Assembly: GCF_016432865.1 (NCBI RefSeq)
Contig: NC_067399.1
Location: 45,012,001 to 45,076,000 of the forward strand
Direction: 5' to 3'
Length of the DNA stretch: 64,000 nucleotides
Source of the DNA: Antechinus flavipes
Taxonomy: Eukaryota
The notes under the pieces are model-generated. The model ran no database searches and was not told the origin of the DNA. It was given only the letters and a program-made list of their open reading frames with translations. The translations under genes were made by a program, and so were the position numbers. Below are positions 1 to 13,649 of the stretch, piece by piece (position 1 is the first letter of the stretch; each line of letters begins with the position of its first letter).

Positions 1-1325
1 GATTATCCAAAGAACAAGATTTTGATGTATACATCTTGGTTTTGACATGACTCCACAAGAAAATGTCTGCAAAAGACACTCCGAGAATGTTATCTACAAA
101 CTATGGAACATGAAATATCCTGTATTGTTAAAATTAAAATTAAAACTTTAACTCAAAGTTAATAAAACTGAATAAGTATAAAAGGAATTTAAATAAATTT
201 TAAAGTGATGGTTCTGTCTATAGCATCTATACTTTTGAAATTATTAAAGCTTAAAATGACACTAAAACTTTTGGGACACCACATATCTATGAATGTATAT
301 ATGTGTATATGAAATATATTAGGGCTTTGCAAACTTTGCATTGCTAGATAAATGGCTTTTATTGAGCTTCATCATTTTCCACATACATTTATTTACCCAT
401 TATTTATTTCCCTAAACCAGTCAATAGTTATGTCCTTTTTTTTTTTTTTTTTTTTTTTTTTTGATATTCCAGATTTATAATCTTGGGCTCATTTTAATTC
501 TTGTCATCAATTTAATTTTTAAAACATAACTTTTTAGTGTTGTCTACAATTTTTTTAAACATCATCCAAATTTTCCTCTTTTTTGTTCCAAGAGTCATTA
601 ACAAATAATATTTTTAAAGATATAAAAAAAGATGGTAAAACTGATTAATATTTAAAAAAACATCTGAAATACGTATGATGTGTCATATTCATGGACCTAC
701 TCACTTTAGAAAGTTGTGGAGTGGAGTGTCTCATGGTATCTTTTCTTTGGAGCCATGCTTATTCTCTATTATTTTGCAACATTCACTTTTGCGGCTGCTT
801 TTTCATTTATATTTGTTATAGTGATGTCCTTATCATCTATTTTCCAGGTAACGTGTCCTTGATCTATTCTTCTTTCCTTTTCCAAAGCCATCAATTTCAT
901 ATGCCTAGATTACTGTACCAATCTTTGTAAGTACATTTGACTTCCGTCTCCCCATTTTGCTCCATTTTGTAAAAAAACAAAAACAAAAAAACAAAACTCC
1001 TAGAATAATCTTCCTCAAATTTTTTTTGTCTTTTCAATTATCTAATAGATAAAACCCATACTTGAATAAAATTCAAAATACTTCACCAGTTACTCTTCCA
1101 CAGTAATGTAATTAGAATACTTGTTTATATCCCCATCCTCATGCCTTAATCTCCATGTTAAGTTTTCTTAGTTGTACTTACTCTTACTTTGATCCAAATC
1201 AATCATCCATCTATAAATTTATGACTTTCCTTTCAAAATCCAATTTCCTGAACTCAATTCTTTTTGGAAGTCCTCCTAATCATTGTCTTTGAAATGTCAC
1301 AGCATAGATACTAGATGTAGAGTTA

Positions 1326-1584
1326 TGTTAAGGGGCAGGTCAATTCTCAGAGAGCCTCCCCAGCTGTGGATCATAGCATCTGAAGGAGCTGCGGGGCAGC
1401 CTTTGCTGACACAGGTGTTGCGGACTGGGAATGAGATAAATTGGAGGCAGAGGGAAGAGGAGAGAGGTCAGACAATGCAATGGCTTCTCAGTCTCCTTGT
1501 ATCATCCTCTCACAAGAGGAGATCTATTCTGTAGGTCTGGGGCCTCCAGCAGCCACTGTCAGGTGGCTCCTGTGTATTCCAACA
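1326..1584. mobile_element. Candidate short solo LTR
   Basis: A GC-richer 259-bp block bounded by TGTT...AACA in AT-rich flanks. No clear TSD and the family was not recognised. Confidence 0.3.
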
Positions 1585-3594
1585 GCTCTCCCATGTATTC
1601 CAGCAGAGTTAGGTTGGGGTTTAAATCCTGACTTTGATGTTTAGCTGTGTATAGTCTTGGGTAAGGCATTTAACCTCTCTCTCCACCTCAATTTCCTAAT
1701 CTTTAAAATAGGTTAATTATTCCACTAACATATCTTAGCATAACTTTTCATGATTTTCAGTCAAGAGCAGTGATTTTTTTAGATTTTCTCTCCTTGACCT
1801 GTTTTCTAGGTCATGGTTTTTGATAATATACGTTTCCTTCTCTCTTTTTTTTTTTTTTAAAGTAGTTTAATAATTCTTGAGTAGTTTACCACTCTCTGTT
1901 CTGAAGCCTTCATTCTCCTTGAGTTTCTTTGCTTCCTAGGTATTCCTTCATTTCTCCCAGGGCAAGACAATTGCTCTTGTGGCTAGGACATTTCTTTTCT
2001 TTGAGGCTCCAGTCAGATTCGTTGCAGAGAGTTACTCTGTTCTTCTGATTTATACCTTAGATTTTTTTTTTTCTGCCTGAGGCATTTCTTTCTTATTTTA
2101 TTCTTTGAATTCATAGCATGGCCTCCATTTCTGGATTAAAATGCTACTCCCATACAGCTGGAGGTTTGGGGGAGGCTCTGCTTGATTTGGCATTAGATGG
2201 TTAAGATTAAGCCTTGCCTTCTGCCAGATTGATCTGTCCTCTTGTCTCTTTCTATAGTTTGGGCCCAGGTTGCCTGGAGGCTGGGTTGGGTGCAGGCTAG
2301 CCCTTTCTCCTGCCGTGGATGGGGTCCTTGGGTTGCTGGTCTAACCAACTTCCCCTAATGGCTGAGGCCCTGGGTCCCTGCACCACTGTTCCTTCTCTCA
2401 GGGGGTCCTTAGGTCACCCTGTTTTCTACCAACACGAAGCACTAGGGTTGCTTATACTGGACATTGGTTGAGCCCTGTCTCCTGGGGTGGGGCCAAGCTG
2501 CTCACTTTGTACCTGTTTGTTTTATAGTTGTGTACTTTGCTTTCTATCTACCCTAGCATGTGTCTGCTCAGAACTTCTTGCAGAAAGATGGCAGTCCTTT
2601 TGTGTAGTCTTTGAAATCTCTTTGGTTTTATCTCTGTTCTGTTTGATGTACTTTTAGAGCTTGACTGGTGTTGCAGGGGATTGATGCTCTAGGTTGTATT
2701 TCTATGTTCAAATTTTGTAATCTATAAAATATTATCATGTGATACTACTACTACCATGTTTTCATATACCATTTCTAATATTTTAGTTTGCACTTGTGTT
2801 AAGTGTTCTGAAGATATGCAGATTTAGCCTCCCCAATTAGAGCATAATCCTGTCCTATGAATAGAAAATGTCTTTTTATTTTGAATTTTCACAATCCTTT
2901 ATTGTGTATTGTTTAGCACAGAGGTTTTTGTTGTACTTTAAAAAAAATCGAATTTGTTAAAATGGAGAGTTGGACTGAAATTATTCTTTGGGAGTCCTAA
3001 TCATAATACTAAAGGAGGAGAAAGTTCTTACTTCGATAAATTGAAGATTCAATCATCCCCTAGACCAGCATAGGATTTTTTTCACTGTTGCATTTGAATA
3101 AGATTGGGTCTAGCATTGTGCCTAGCCCAAACTTTCTCCTACAGAGCAATCCATAAAGTGACACTGAATAACTTCTTTCATTGCTTGCTGGGTCAATTGG
3201 TTTTAAGCAACAGAGATATCTATAAGAAGCAAATGAAATACATTTGACAGAAGTACTTTCTATAAGGCCTTACCTAAGGAAGAATGCAGGAGGTTACAAA
3301 GGATCAGTAATGATTGAGAAATCTCTAGTTTTAGAAATTACAGAAACAGATTGTATCTCAGAAAAGCTCTTCCTAATCTTTTCAAGAGCTGATTCCAAGA
3401 AAAATTCTGGCAGAGTCCTAGGGACATGAAGTTGCCAAGTCTATGAACTACCAGGAAAAATAAAAGGGGAAACTGAAATATGATGCAATTCCTTAGCTCC
3501 CCCTCAGGCTCTCCCCCTACTTCCCCCCACCGTGTTTGTGGTTTTGCTATTGGACAATGCCAATAGCCTCAATAAGGCCAAGGCCGTGTGGTCA

Positions 3595-3650
3595 GTGGAA
3601 TTGCAAAACTGAAAAGGGGCTGGATGCACCAAGAGAGGGATAAAAGGATC
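3595..3650 (+). promoter_or_regulatory. Putative HP proximal promoter (TATA-like GATAAAA at 3639-3645; C/EBP-like TTGCAAAA at 3601-3608)
   Basis: The motifs lie about 55-100 nt upstream of the ATG at 3699. HP is a known C/EBP- and IL-6-responsive acute-phase gene. Motif match only. Confidence 0.4.
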
Positions 3651-3698
3651 ACAGCCACCCCTTTCACATCACTCTTCTAGACACAACACAGCCCCAAG

Positions 3699-6600
3699 AT
3701 GAGGTAAGTGTTTTTGTTCCCTTCTTTATTTCCCCCTTTTTTTCCCCTCATACTTTTTCCTGCTGAGGCACTAAGTATGGAAGGAGGAGAATTCAAATAC
3801 GTTCTCCTCACCCCAGTGCAAACAGGGCAAATGAAGTATGTACTGAGTGAAGGGTTTGGTACTCCTCATCCAGTTCTTTCCTAGCAAATGTTTTCTGAGG
3901 CCATTGATGTCTTTCCCAAGTGAACAGTACAAGGAGAGGGTTCATTTGCCTGAGATCATTGGGTTTCCAGGAAATTTGTACTGATATATCTCCTTAAATT
4001 TGATTTAGATTCAGTTGGAACGTCTCTGTATGTTGGACTGTTAGGATGGGTATCTGAGGAATAGACAAGATAAGAGACATGGTTAAGTATCTCTCCTCAG
4101 TGACTGGAAAAGGAAATGACCCCTGCTTTGGGGATTTCTCTTCCATTTTCTCATCTATAAAATGTTGCATTAGATAAAGGTCTGGCTTCAGAGACAGGAA
4201 GATTTGGTTTCAGGTCCTTTCTTTGCTACATATTGGCTGTGTGATCACACTGGTTATGAAACTCTGAGCAAGTACTTCTCAGTGCTCTAGGGGACTCTGA
4301 GACTCAAGTTGTGGAGATTGCACCAATCTGTATTGGTGGAGCAGTTTCTTGTAACAATAAAATCATAGATTTGATTTTGGTGGTGTGTTGTGAAACTCAA
4401 GTGAGATGATATATGAAGTGACTTGTAAACTTAATTGGCAAATGCTGGTGATTTTTAAAAAATTATTCAGATGACTCATGTAGCCTTTAAAATTTTGTTT
4501 CCTGAATGCTGTCAGAAATTAGGACCTACCAACAGCAGTTATCGCTATTAGTAAGCCCTTTCTGTGGTAAGCTGGTTTGTAGCAAGTGGCAACGTGGGAT
4601 CCAGGGAATCTTTTTTTCAAGAGGATCAGCTTCTCACCCAGTAGAATAGATGCTCCTTGAGGGTAGGATTGAAATAAAAAAACACATTTGTATCAGCAGT
4701 ACCTAGCACATCTACAGCAGACAATTAATTGTTGAACTGAATTGGTCTTGAAAGCCTTGTTTTTCCTCTGTTTTGTGCTACGGGCCCATGTCTGTGTTTG
4801 GGAGTCAGCCTATCCCTTGGGGAAAGGAAGGACGTCATTGTCACTTTGCCTACTTTCTTCCACAGGATTCTGTATACTGTAGTTGCCCTCCTTCTCTGCG
4901 GACTGCTGTCTGTAGATGCCCAAAATGAAAACGATGTCATGGATATGGAAGGTAGGTGCACTTTGTGAGGGCTGGAGGGTCGTGAAGCACAGAAGCAAGA
5001 TAGACGGCCACTGACCTGTGCCCCCTCCTTCATGGCACTTAACAGTGTGGCCTTGATAGAGCCGATGCTATTACAATTTCAGTGAATCTGCGGCCTTAGA
5101 ACACTAATCTTCCTTTCAATGTCAAATCCCTTGCATTCTGGGGCAGGTCTGTCTCATCAATATCTTAATTTATACTTTCATGTAAAGTATTGGGGACCCT
5201 AGTATTTAATGGCTGCTTATTTTATACTTTTAGTTGGCAATGGGGCCTTTTCCCCATTTCTTCTTCTTTTCTGCTTTTGACTGAACAATGGGGACCTTTT
5301 TTTCTTCTGAGCTCTGGTGGGGATCCGATTTGGTGTCTTAACCTGATTCTCTTTTCTCACAGATGAGCTTTGTCCAAGACCTCCTTCTATTGAAAATGGC
5401 TATGCTGAGCAGGCTGTCCGCTACAAGTGTAATAAGTACTATACGCTGAAAAGTGATGGAGATGGTAAGCTTTGAATGCTCATTACTAGAAACACTCCTC
5501 CTTTAGAAGTGGGATTAAACTAGTGATCCACAGTTATATTCAAGTCCATGACTTCCATGAGGAATTATTTCTCCCATTGTAATCTTGAGGAAGTTAAATC
5601 TTCTATTTCTTCAAATAGGGATATTACCACCCATTCTGTCCCAAGGCTGTTGTGAGGATCTAATGAGGTCATGTATACAAAGTATCTTTGGGATAAAAGA
5701 AGAAATGTTTTAAATTTCTGTCCTAGATGAATGTATTTGGTTTTCTTTAGCAGAGATTCTTAATTTGGAGTCTGAGATTTTGATAACTACATTACAGTAG
5801 AATTTGTTTCCTTTTTAATCTCTATTTTTGAACAATGAATTTAAAAATGTTCTGAGAAAGAGCTCATACCTTCAGTAGATCACCTCGAAAGCAGGTCATG
5901 AGACAAACAGATGAAGAACCCTTGCTCTCTTATTAGACTGCAAAGTCTTTGAGGAATTATTTCATTTTGTATTCTCAGAACCTTTCACATAATAGGCATT
6001 AAGAAAGTTTGTTAAATGAATACATTCATCAGTGACTGAATCCTACCACAATTTTTTTTTCCAAATCTGAAGCTTTTCTATGCCCATTCCAGTTCTAGTA
6101 GCTGTTTCAGAATTTAATTGCTTGATTTCAATCTTTTTAAACACTTTTTGTTATCTTTCCTTAGGAATCTATATCTTAAATAAGGACAAACAGTGGGATA
6201 TTGGTGAAAAACTACCTACATGTGAAGCAGGTAGGCACCAGAAATTATGGGGATAAAGCCAAAAATGTGGGAAGCAAATTGGGTGGAATGGATGAAAGAC
6301 TAGGCCACACATTTGTTCCAATGCTGTATTTCATCTGCGATCTACTCAAGAGAAAGGGGAATTGAAGCTCTCAGAGAAACAAGGTCTATGTAGCCAAACT
6401 AAATACATAATTGAATAGTTTTCTGCTGATAAAAGTTGGGAAGCCCTTCTGGTTCTTCCACAAATTCTCCATCCTTTAGGTGGGAAGAGTGTGCCCTTAA
6501 GCTCAATTCTGACCAAGGTTACTATGAATTCTCTCTTCTACCCCAGGCAGAACTCTTTCAGATGAACCCCAAGGGACTATCCAAATGGATGATGAGTGCT

Positions 6601-7511
6601 ATTTAAATAAGACAGTTGTTGGCTAGGGCTTGAACATCTTTCTTGTGCATATATTTTCATTATAATAGCATTTTAACCACAAATCGGGAATCTTTTTTAT
6701 CTTTCTGCCTTTATTTTTCTCTTCTTTTCTATCAGTATGTGGAAAACCTGAGACACCAGCCAAGCCAGTACAGCGGATCATTGGGGGCTCACTAGATGCA
6801 AAGGGCAGCTTTCCCTGGCAAGGTCTCTTGGTTTCCCACAAAAATCTCAGCAGTGGAGCTACTTTGATTAGTGACCAGTGGCTGCTAACGACAGCGAAAA
6901 ACATCTTTCTGAGTCACAACCAAACTACCAGTCTGGAAGACATCACCCCCACGTTGAAGCTCTTCCTGGGGAAGAAGCGTGTGGACATTGACCACGTGAT
7001 TCTACATCCCGATTCCTCTATGGTGGACATTGCACTCATCAAACTTAAAAGTAAAGTACTTGTTAATGAGAAGGTGATGCCCATTTGCTTGCCTCAGAAA
7101 GACTATGTAGAAGTGGGGCGTGTAGGTTATGTGTCTGGTTGGGGGAGAAATAGCAATTTTGCTTTTACTGAACGTTTAAAGTACGTCATGTTGCCTGTGG
7201 CTGACAATGACAAATGCATAGAACACTATGAAGGCAGCACAGATCCAGAAAAGAAGAAACAAACGAGTCCTGTGGGAGTTCAGCCCATATTGAACCAACA
7301 TACTTTCTGTGCCGGTATGACCCGATTTAGAGAGGATACGTGCTACGGTGATGCTGGCAGTGCCTTTGCCGTTCATGATGAGGCTGATGACACGTGGTAC
7401 GCAGCAGGTATTCTGTCCTTTGACAAGAGCTGTGCAGTGGCTGAATATGGCGTTTACGTGAAAGTGCCCTCCATCCTGGACTGGATCCGAGAGACAATAG
7501 CCACCAACTAA
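3699..7511 (+). CDS. HP: Haptoglobin precursor, 5 coding exons (3699-3703, 4866-4951, 5363-5464, 6165-6230, 6736-7511), 344 aa
   Basis: All introns are GT-AG and the frame is continuous: [115 protein letters not shown]...ETIATN*. It has a signal peptide, one CCP domain, the R/IIGG alpha-beta cleavage site and an inactive serine-protease domain (TTAKN in place of His, GDAGS in place of Ser). Exon 1 is ATGAG|gt as in human HP. AATAAA at 7663-7668. Confidence 0.97.
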
Positions 7512-8079
7512 ACGGAAGGCAGGCTGAAATTCTGGTTTTGTCTGTTTGTACCAGCTGAAGGCATGGAATGAATTGTACAAGATAAGATTTCATGTAGGGC
7601 TAAGTAAGTTGGATGTCGCACAAAATATCTGTAAATTAGTGGGAGCTACTCTAAGTACAAATAATAAAGTGTTCTCTTGAATATACTCAGATGTGCTCTT
7701 CTTAAATCTTGGTCAATTAGGAATCTTTACATGTACAATTTGGGCAGCCTTTTAGGCTAGAATCCATTGGGGAAGCAAACAAAAAGTGAAAAATTATCCA
7801 ACTGGCAGCACCACTGGCAAACAAGGATTCCCCTCATGACAAAACAGACTTTGGGTCAAAGCTCCACCATTACTGATAAAATGAATTTAACATAGACGGG
7901 GAAAAGGTTTCCATTTAGATTTGAGTTTTCAGCACTTTAATGAATACAAGGCAGCATGGTCTAATGGCAAAAAATATTAAAGGTTTAGCTTCCATTCCCA
8001 GACATCCGAGGAGCTAGCTATATAGCCTCAGATATGTTTATAAGTTTTTCTGTTCCTTAGTTTCTACATCTATAACTAA

Positions 8080-8195
8080 ATTAAATAAGCATTTATCAAG
8101 TGCCTACTATGTATATATCAAGCCCTGGAAATATGAAGAGAAAAACGAAATAGTGCCCACTCTTCAAAGGACTTACATTCTACTTGGGGGAAATG
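8080..8195 (-). mobile_element. L2 LINE 3'-end fragment
   Basis: taagcatttatcaagtgcctactatgt...aaggacttacattctacttgggg matches the reverse complement of the typical L2 3' terminus. Similar fragments occur near 13135, 14770 (+), 16765 and 25815. Confidence 0.55.
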
Positions 8196-9415
8196 ACATA
8201 TTCACAGATCACTTATTAATTGGAGGAATTGGGAAAGAAATCATATGGGAAATCTTGCATGGAAGATCATTGCAGGCATGGGAAATAGCTTGTTCAGAGG
8301 CACATAGATGATGGTGAATAGCCCTGTTTATCTGGAACAGAGATAAAAGTTGAATCATAGGAAGATGGCCTGGAAAGGTGGAGAGGAGTCAGCATTTTAA
8401 ATGCCCAAGAGGAGTTTGTTTTCTACACTAGAAATAATATGGAATTACCAAATCATCTTCAACAGGGACCTATGCTTTAGAGGGGCTGGATGGGAAAAGG
8501 CAAAGACAAGAGGAGATACATAGGTGGCTATTAAAACAATCCACTTCAGAGGTGATGAAGATCTGTTCTCTGGCAGTATCTGAGTAGAGATAAGGGGATG
8601 GGTTAGAGAGATGTTTTAGAGTTAGTGATTTAGCAATTGATTGGATTGGGATTAGGAGGGAGGCATTATTGTCAGAGAGGGAATGGTTAAAGGTGATGTT
8701 CTAGCAAACAACTTATCAGATAGGTGGGAAGAGAATCAGGAAGTGAGCAATGTCACAAAACTCCAAGGAAGAGAGAAAGATGGAGATGGTAGAAAATATT
8801 AAATGTTCCAGTCAAGCAGGATAAGGATTAAGAGAAAGCCACTGGATGTAGCAATTAAAGAGATCACCAGCATGGAATAAATGCTTAACAAATGTTTGCT
8901 GACCCACTGGCAACCCTGAGATAATAGTTTCAGTCAAATGATGGATTAGAAAGCTCCATTACACAGGCTTGAGAAGTGAATAAAATGTGAGGAAGAATAG
9001 ATGATGAATGTAGACAACTTCTTCTACGAGTTTGGTAATGTAGGGGAAAGAGCTATGACAATTTTAAAAATAATTTTATTAATATTTTATTTATTTACAT
9101 ATAAGTACAAATAAATATATTTATAAATAAAAATATTATAAATATATATTTTTAAAGTTTCATTTTATAACCTAACAATTTGATACTGATCCAAGTTCTC
9201 TTACACTCCAAATAGGTTGGAAGAAGAGAAAAAAATCTCATAACTTTCTTTCAGAAAGTTCTTATTTCTCTCTCTCTCTTAGTATTTAGGTAATGGACAG
9301 CACAACAGCACTACCTGTTCAATCCTACTGCCTCCTTCAAATTATACCCTTCTTTTTCAAATATAATTTCCTACCATAAATCATTATTTAGTCTCTACCA
9401 AGGCCCATTTTGTTT

Positions 9416-9558
9416 NNNNNNNNNNNNNNNNNNNNNNNNNNNNNNNNNNNNNNNNNNNNNNNNNNNNNNNNNNNNNNNNNNNNNNNNNNNNNNNNNNNNN
9501 NNNNNNNNNNNNNNNNNNNNNNNNNNNNNNNNNNNNNNNNNNNNNNNNNNNNNNNNNN
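9416..9558. other. Assembly gap (143 N) between HP and TXNL4B
   Basis: Run of n in the sequence. Confidence 1.
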
Positions 9559-9704
9559 TGTTTATCTGATATTTTCACATCAGTTAATAAGTTTCAAGAA
9601 CTTAGGGAATAATATAGCCAGCAAAAAATAATTACTTTATTTTATTGGCTAGCATCCATTCAGTATACAGAAAGATAATATTACAGATTTACTCTATTTA
9701 GACA

Positions 9705-9920
9705 GGAGGCACAATAGAAGTGGTCTTGGAACAAGGAAGATCAGAATTTGAAAATCAACTCTTATGCACACTGGTTGTGTGGCTCTGAGTCATTTAAATT
9801 TTCAATCTTCCAGGCAACACTTGAAGAACATGAGGGCAGAGAAAGTGACACCTGCACTGGGAGAGGGAATTTCCTTATTTTGGAGTTTCATTAACCAGTG
9901 AAATCACAGGTCCAGTCCCT
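9705..9920 (+). mobile_element. Degenerate marsupial SINE (WALLSI/CORE-like)
   Basis: A tRNA-like head (gaagatcagaatttgaaaatc...ctggttgtgtggctctgagtcattt) followed by agagaaagtg...acctgcactgggagagggaattt...aatcacaggtccagtccc. A related copy lies at about 4170-4380. Confidence 0.45.
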
Positions 9921-11001
9921 TTTCCCCTAAGAAGCACACAATTAAGAAAGAACGATTTGTGGAAATTAGTACTCCAAAGATGCATTCCCAAAAATCCTCA
10001 AGAAAAATGTGACTAGAGTAATGAACCTTGTATAAATAAATGGGGGGATGGTTTTTCTTTAGATGGTATTATTACTGAAGCCTTGGAAGAATAGGAAATT
10101 CCAGAAGACTAGAAGTCAATAGAGTGAATTATCCAATGCTATTACTAATCTAATTCAGCTTCTTAGGTTTCCTTCTTTGGGCTACTTGGGGAGACACATT
10201 CTATGAAAGTTTCAAGCTTGGGCTTGAATCAGATGAGGTACAGAACAGTGGGAGTCTGAGCTATCCTAAGAACCACTTTTCATCCAGACAAGTACAAATA
10301 ATAATTGCTACTTTATGCTTGAAACAAGAGCACTATTGCATAAATTCATAATGTTTTCAAGCTATTAAAATACTCAAAAGGTTCTAGAACAAAACTTGCC
10401 TATCACTGAACCTCATCTTCTCTTTTTTCCCCTTATCCTCCCAGGTAAGACTAGAAGATAGGATGAGATGGAAGCAACTATAGGAGTCTAGTTTCATTAG
10501 CTACTTAAAAAAAAGGGGGGGAGGCCAAGAACTACAGAGGAGGAGAAAGCCATTTACTGTTTTCATCCTTGATATAATAAGCATAATAATAAGCATAATT
10601 CAATCTGGTATTAATTAGCTCCATGTTAAAGAATAACCTACATTCATTTGGGGAAAAAGATAAATGGGGTCTACTGAGAGAGAAAGAGCAAGTTGGTAGA
10701 AGAGGGGTGGGATTAGAAATTAAGCCTGATTCCAAGACTGAAAGTATTTAGCACAATTTGCCAAATGTGTATAGATAGTAGAAAATTAGGGTCCAAGATA
10801 TCCTCAAATATCAACAAATTTCAATATATCTCATAATCAATTGTCTGACACCATTTTAGAATTTGATGTAAAATTCAAACCTCTTCTCTCTGGTGTATGA
10901 TCTCTTCAGTAAAACAGGATGATCATGTAACAATAGCTTATTTGGCTATATATATAGTTTCAACTGCATTTCTCTTTTCAATTTCAGTTCAAGTTGATGT
11001 T

Positions 11002-12757
11002 TTAAATGCCTTGATAAAGAAGGTCATATTTAGGAATGTTCTTGGGATCAATTGGACTTTGCACAATAAGTTTTCCCCGCATTGCTCCTCGATAGATTAC
11101 TTCAACTAAATCTATGAAATCCTGTTTAGTTTTGAAACTTCCCACAAACTTTGTGTGATCTGGAGACCTACAGGAAAAAAGGTAAAAAAAGAAAGAACCC
11201 CATTTAGAAGTGCTTCAAACCATCTTATTGAAAACTTTCTGAAAATCTGAAATGACAAACTACTATCAGAGAGATTTTGTACATAGGAGGCTATCATATG
11301 GCTTTGAATATAATTTTTAGGGAGTTATCTTAACATAGCAGTTTTATATTTGAAAGATTTAACTCAAAGTCAAATGTAAAAAGGAATTAAAAAATTTTCT
11401 CAGTTACATTTCATTGTCAAAAGCACTATATCTAGAGCATGGGTAAGCAGACATGATCCATAATGACTTGGACCTATGCTTTTAAAATGCACAATAGCAA
11501 CACAGAAAGACAAATAACTCAATTGTATCAACAGGCTATGATATTGACTATAAAAATCATTAACTGGAAATAAATGAAAAGATTTTGCATTTTGTACAAG
11601 AAGCTTTGGTATTAGTTTTGTGTTGAGGAAAGATATTTAAGTTATAAAATGAGGTATACTATACTCTTTTGCAAAACATAAGTTATTGATCCTAGAAGTT
11701 TAAAAATGTTTAACCAAATGTTTACCAAATATTTAAACATTTTAGGTTAAAGAATTCCTCAGTGGGAACTTTGAGGAGCTCACTAGCATCTGTTAGATTA
11801 AAACATTTAATAGTATTTTACAAATCGTTCTGTTACATTACTGAAATGTAGGAAATAGGTATTTACCAATAATATTTAAGAAAACTGCTGTTTCTCAGGA
11901 AAGTTTTTTCAAATTGTACCTTTTGATATTTTTAAGATACTGGGTTTTTTCCACTTTCCAGGGAAAATATATACTTTAACATATACTTTAATAAATATAT
12001 AATAACTAAGTACACTTTTCATTATTATTATATTATTTCTCCGTGAAATGCTTAGCAAACAGCTAAGGCTTTCAGAAAAAAATTAATTTTTTAAAGAAAT
12101 GAGCTAATTTAAAGAGAGAATATTAAGTGGGAAAAATATCAGTTCCCAGATTTAACTATTTCAAGATTGTCATGTGACAAAAATCATATTTCAAGCAAAC
12201 AAGCAAATAAAACTGTTCGATAGTGCAAATTTCTAAGATTATATCAACAAAGTGATGTCAACTTCACTTACCCATAATCTACTTTCATATGCTGCCCATT
12301 GAAGAAAAAGACAGTTGATGGAATGTAACTGATGTCAAAATACTGGGTATAAATTGGTGTTTGGTCCACATCTACCAGATATATCATAGCCATTTTACTT
12401 AAGTCATGATAAGTCTTAGAAAGCTGTGGAATTGAAAAAAAAATAGACGTTATAATACAGGAAGAAGCTAATTGTTCTGTGTGATGTGTTTCTGAGTAGT
12501 ATGTTAAGAAAACATTGGACCAAGAGTTAGGAAAAGTTTTGATTTTATGCACATTAGGCACATCATACGGCGCTACTTCATGACAACACACATAACCTAA
12601 AGAATCTTGTGTAAAACATACTTACGATGTCATCTATTTGTAGACAGACAGGGTCCTCATCTCTCCCAAACCTGAGAACCAGAACCTTTTCTGCAGTACT
12701 TTTGATTGCCTGGTCCACTTCTTTTTTAGAAGTAAGCTTGGGCAGCAAGAGGCTCAT
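11002..12757 (-). CDS. TXNL4B: Thioredoxin-like protein 4B (Dim2), 3 coding exons (12757-12626, 12423-12272, 11167-11002), 149 aa
   Basis: Spliced product [153 protein letters not shown] introns; 132+152+166=450 nt. The first coding exon probably starts at an acceptor near 12794, and a candidate non-coding first-exon donor lies at 13962. Confidence 0.97.
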
Positions 12758-13649
12758 CCCGAACTGGGCCACACGGAGGCTCCCACCACCAGATCTGCAA
12801 CAAAGCCGAAGGGTGGGTACTGAAGGACCCCGACGGCCCCGCTTGGTGACCGAAGAGTGTCTCCCATAACAGCCAGGCAGTACAAAGGCACACACCCTGT
12901 TCCCAAACCACGTCAAACCAACTCCTGCGAGTGACTGTAGTTTTAAATCCACATTGTTCAAAGCTCTGACAACTTCTCCTTGTCTCTTTCCTGAAGACAG
13001 AAGTTTTCAAAAATGCACAGGGCCATTTATAGAAATAAAAATAACCCATACTGATATAACTTAATCAAGTACTTTCCTGACCCCATAAGGCAATATAAGT
13101 AATTAACAGAAACAAAGGCGGTGGTGGAGTCAGTCAGTAAGCATTTATTAAGCACCTGCTGTATGCCAGTTCCAGTGCTAAGTACAGCCTTGGACCTTGG
13201 GCCAGCTGCCCTCGGCAGCTCTGGCCATGGCCTGGATGACCTTAGCTTCCCTCCGCGAGGGGCTCTGACTAGGGGCCACAAGAACCATTGCAAAACCCAG
13301 CAGAGGCAGGTGCGCCTCTCTTAATGCAGACGCATCAAACAACAGGTCATTAACTAGGGAGGTCCTGGCGTCATCTGTTGCCCACACCCCATTTCCTAGA
13401 GGTATCCTGCCGAGAACAAGGGGGCCCGGGGCCCCCTCAGAGCAGCCCGGCCACCAAATGGGCAATGATCGAGCCCACCAAGGTCATGCAGCCAATGGAT
13501 ACCATTCACCAATTAAGGGGGCTCAGCTGTCTCAGAGCAGGGAGCGGACCTTATAACATCATCCCGTTTCCTCCGTTTTCCCTTCCATTTTACAGGTGAA
13601 GGAAACTGAGACCCAAAGAATTAGACCAGACCTAGAGCCCCTAGAGAAG

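Noticed and set aside
6828-7511. 227-aa ORF as an intronless active serine protease
   Set aside because: It is part of HP exon 5 (true start at the acceptor at 6736), and the catalytic His and Ser are replaced by Lys and Ala, as in haptoglobin.
7176-7593. Antisense ORFs over HP (134 aa, 88 aa)
   Set aside because: Shadows of the HP coding strand with no independent homology or splice support.
9384-9631. ORFs spanning the N run
   Set aside because: Artefacts of the assembly gap.
7600-10990. A second HP copy or HPR paralogue between HP and TXNL4B
   Set aside because: Only MIR, L2 and SINE fragments and AT-rich sequence are present; no CCP or protease exon remnants were found.
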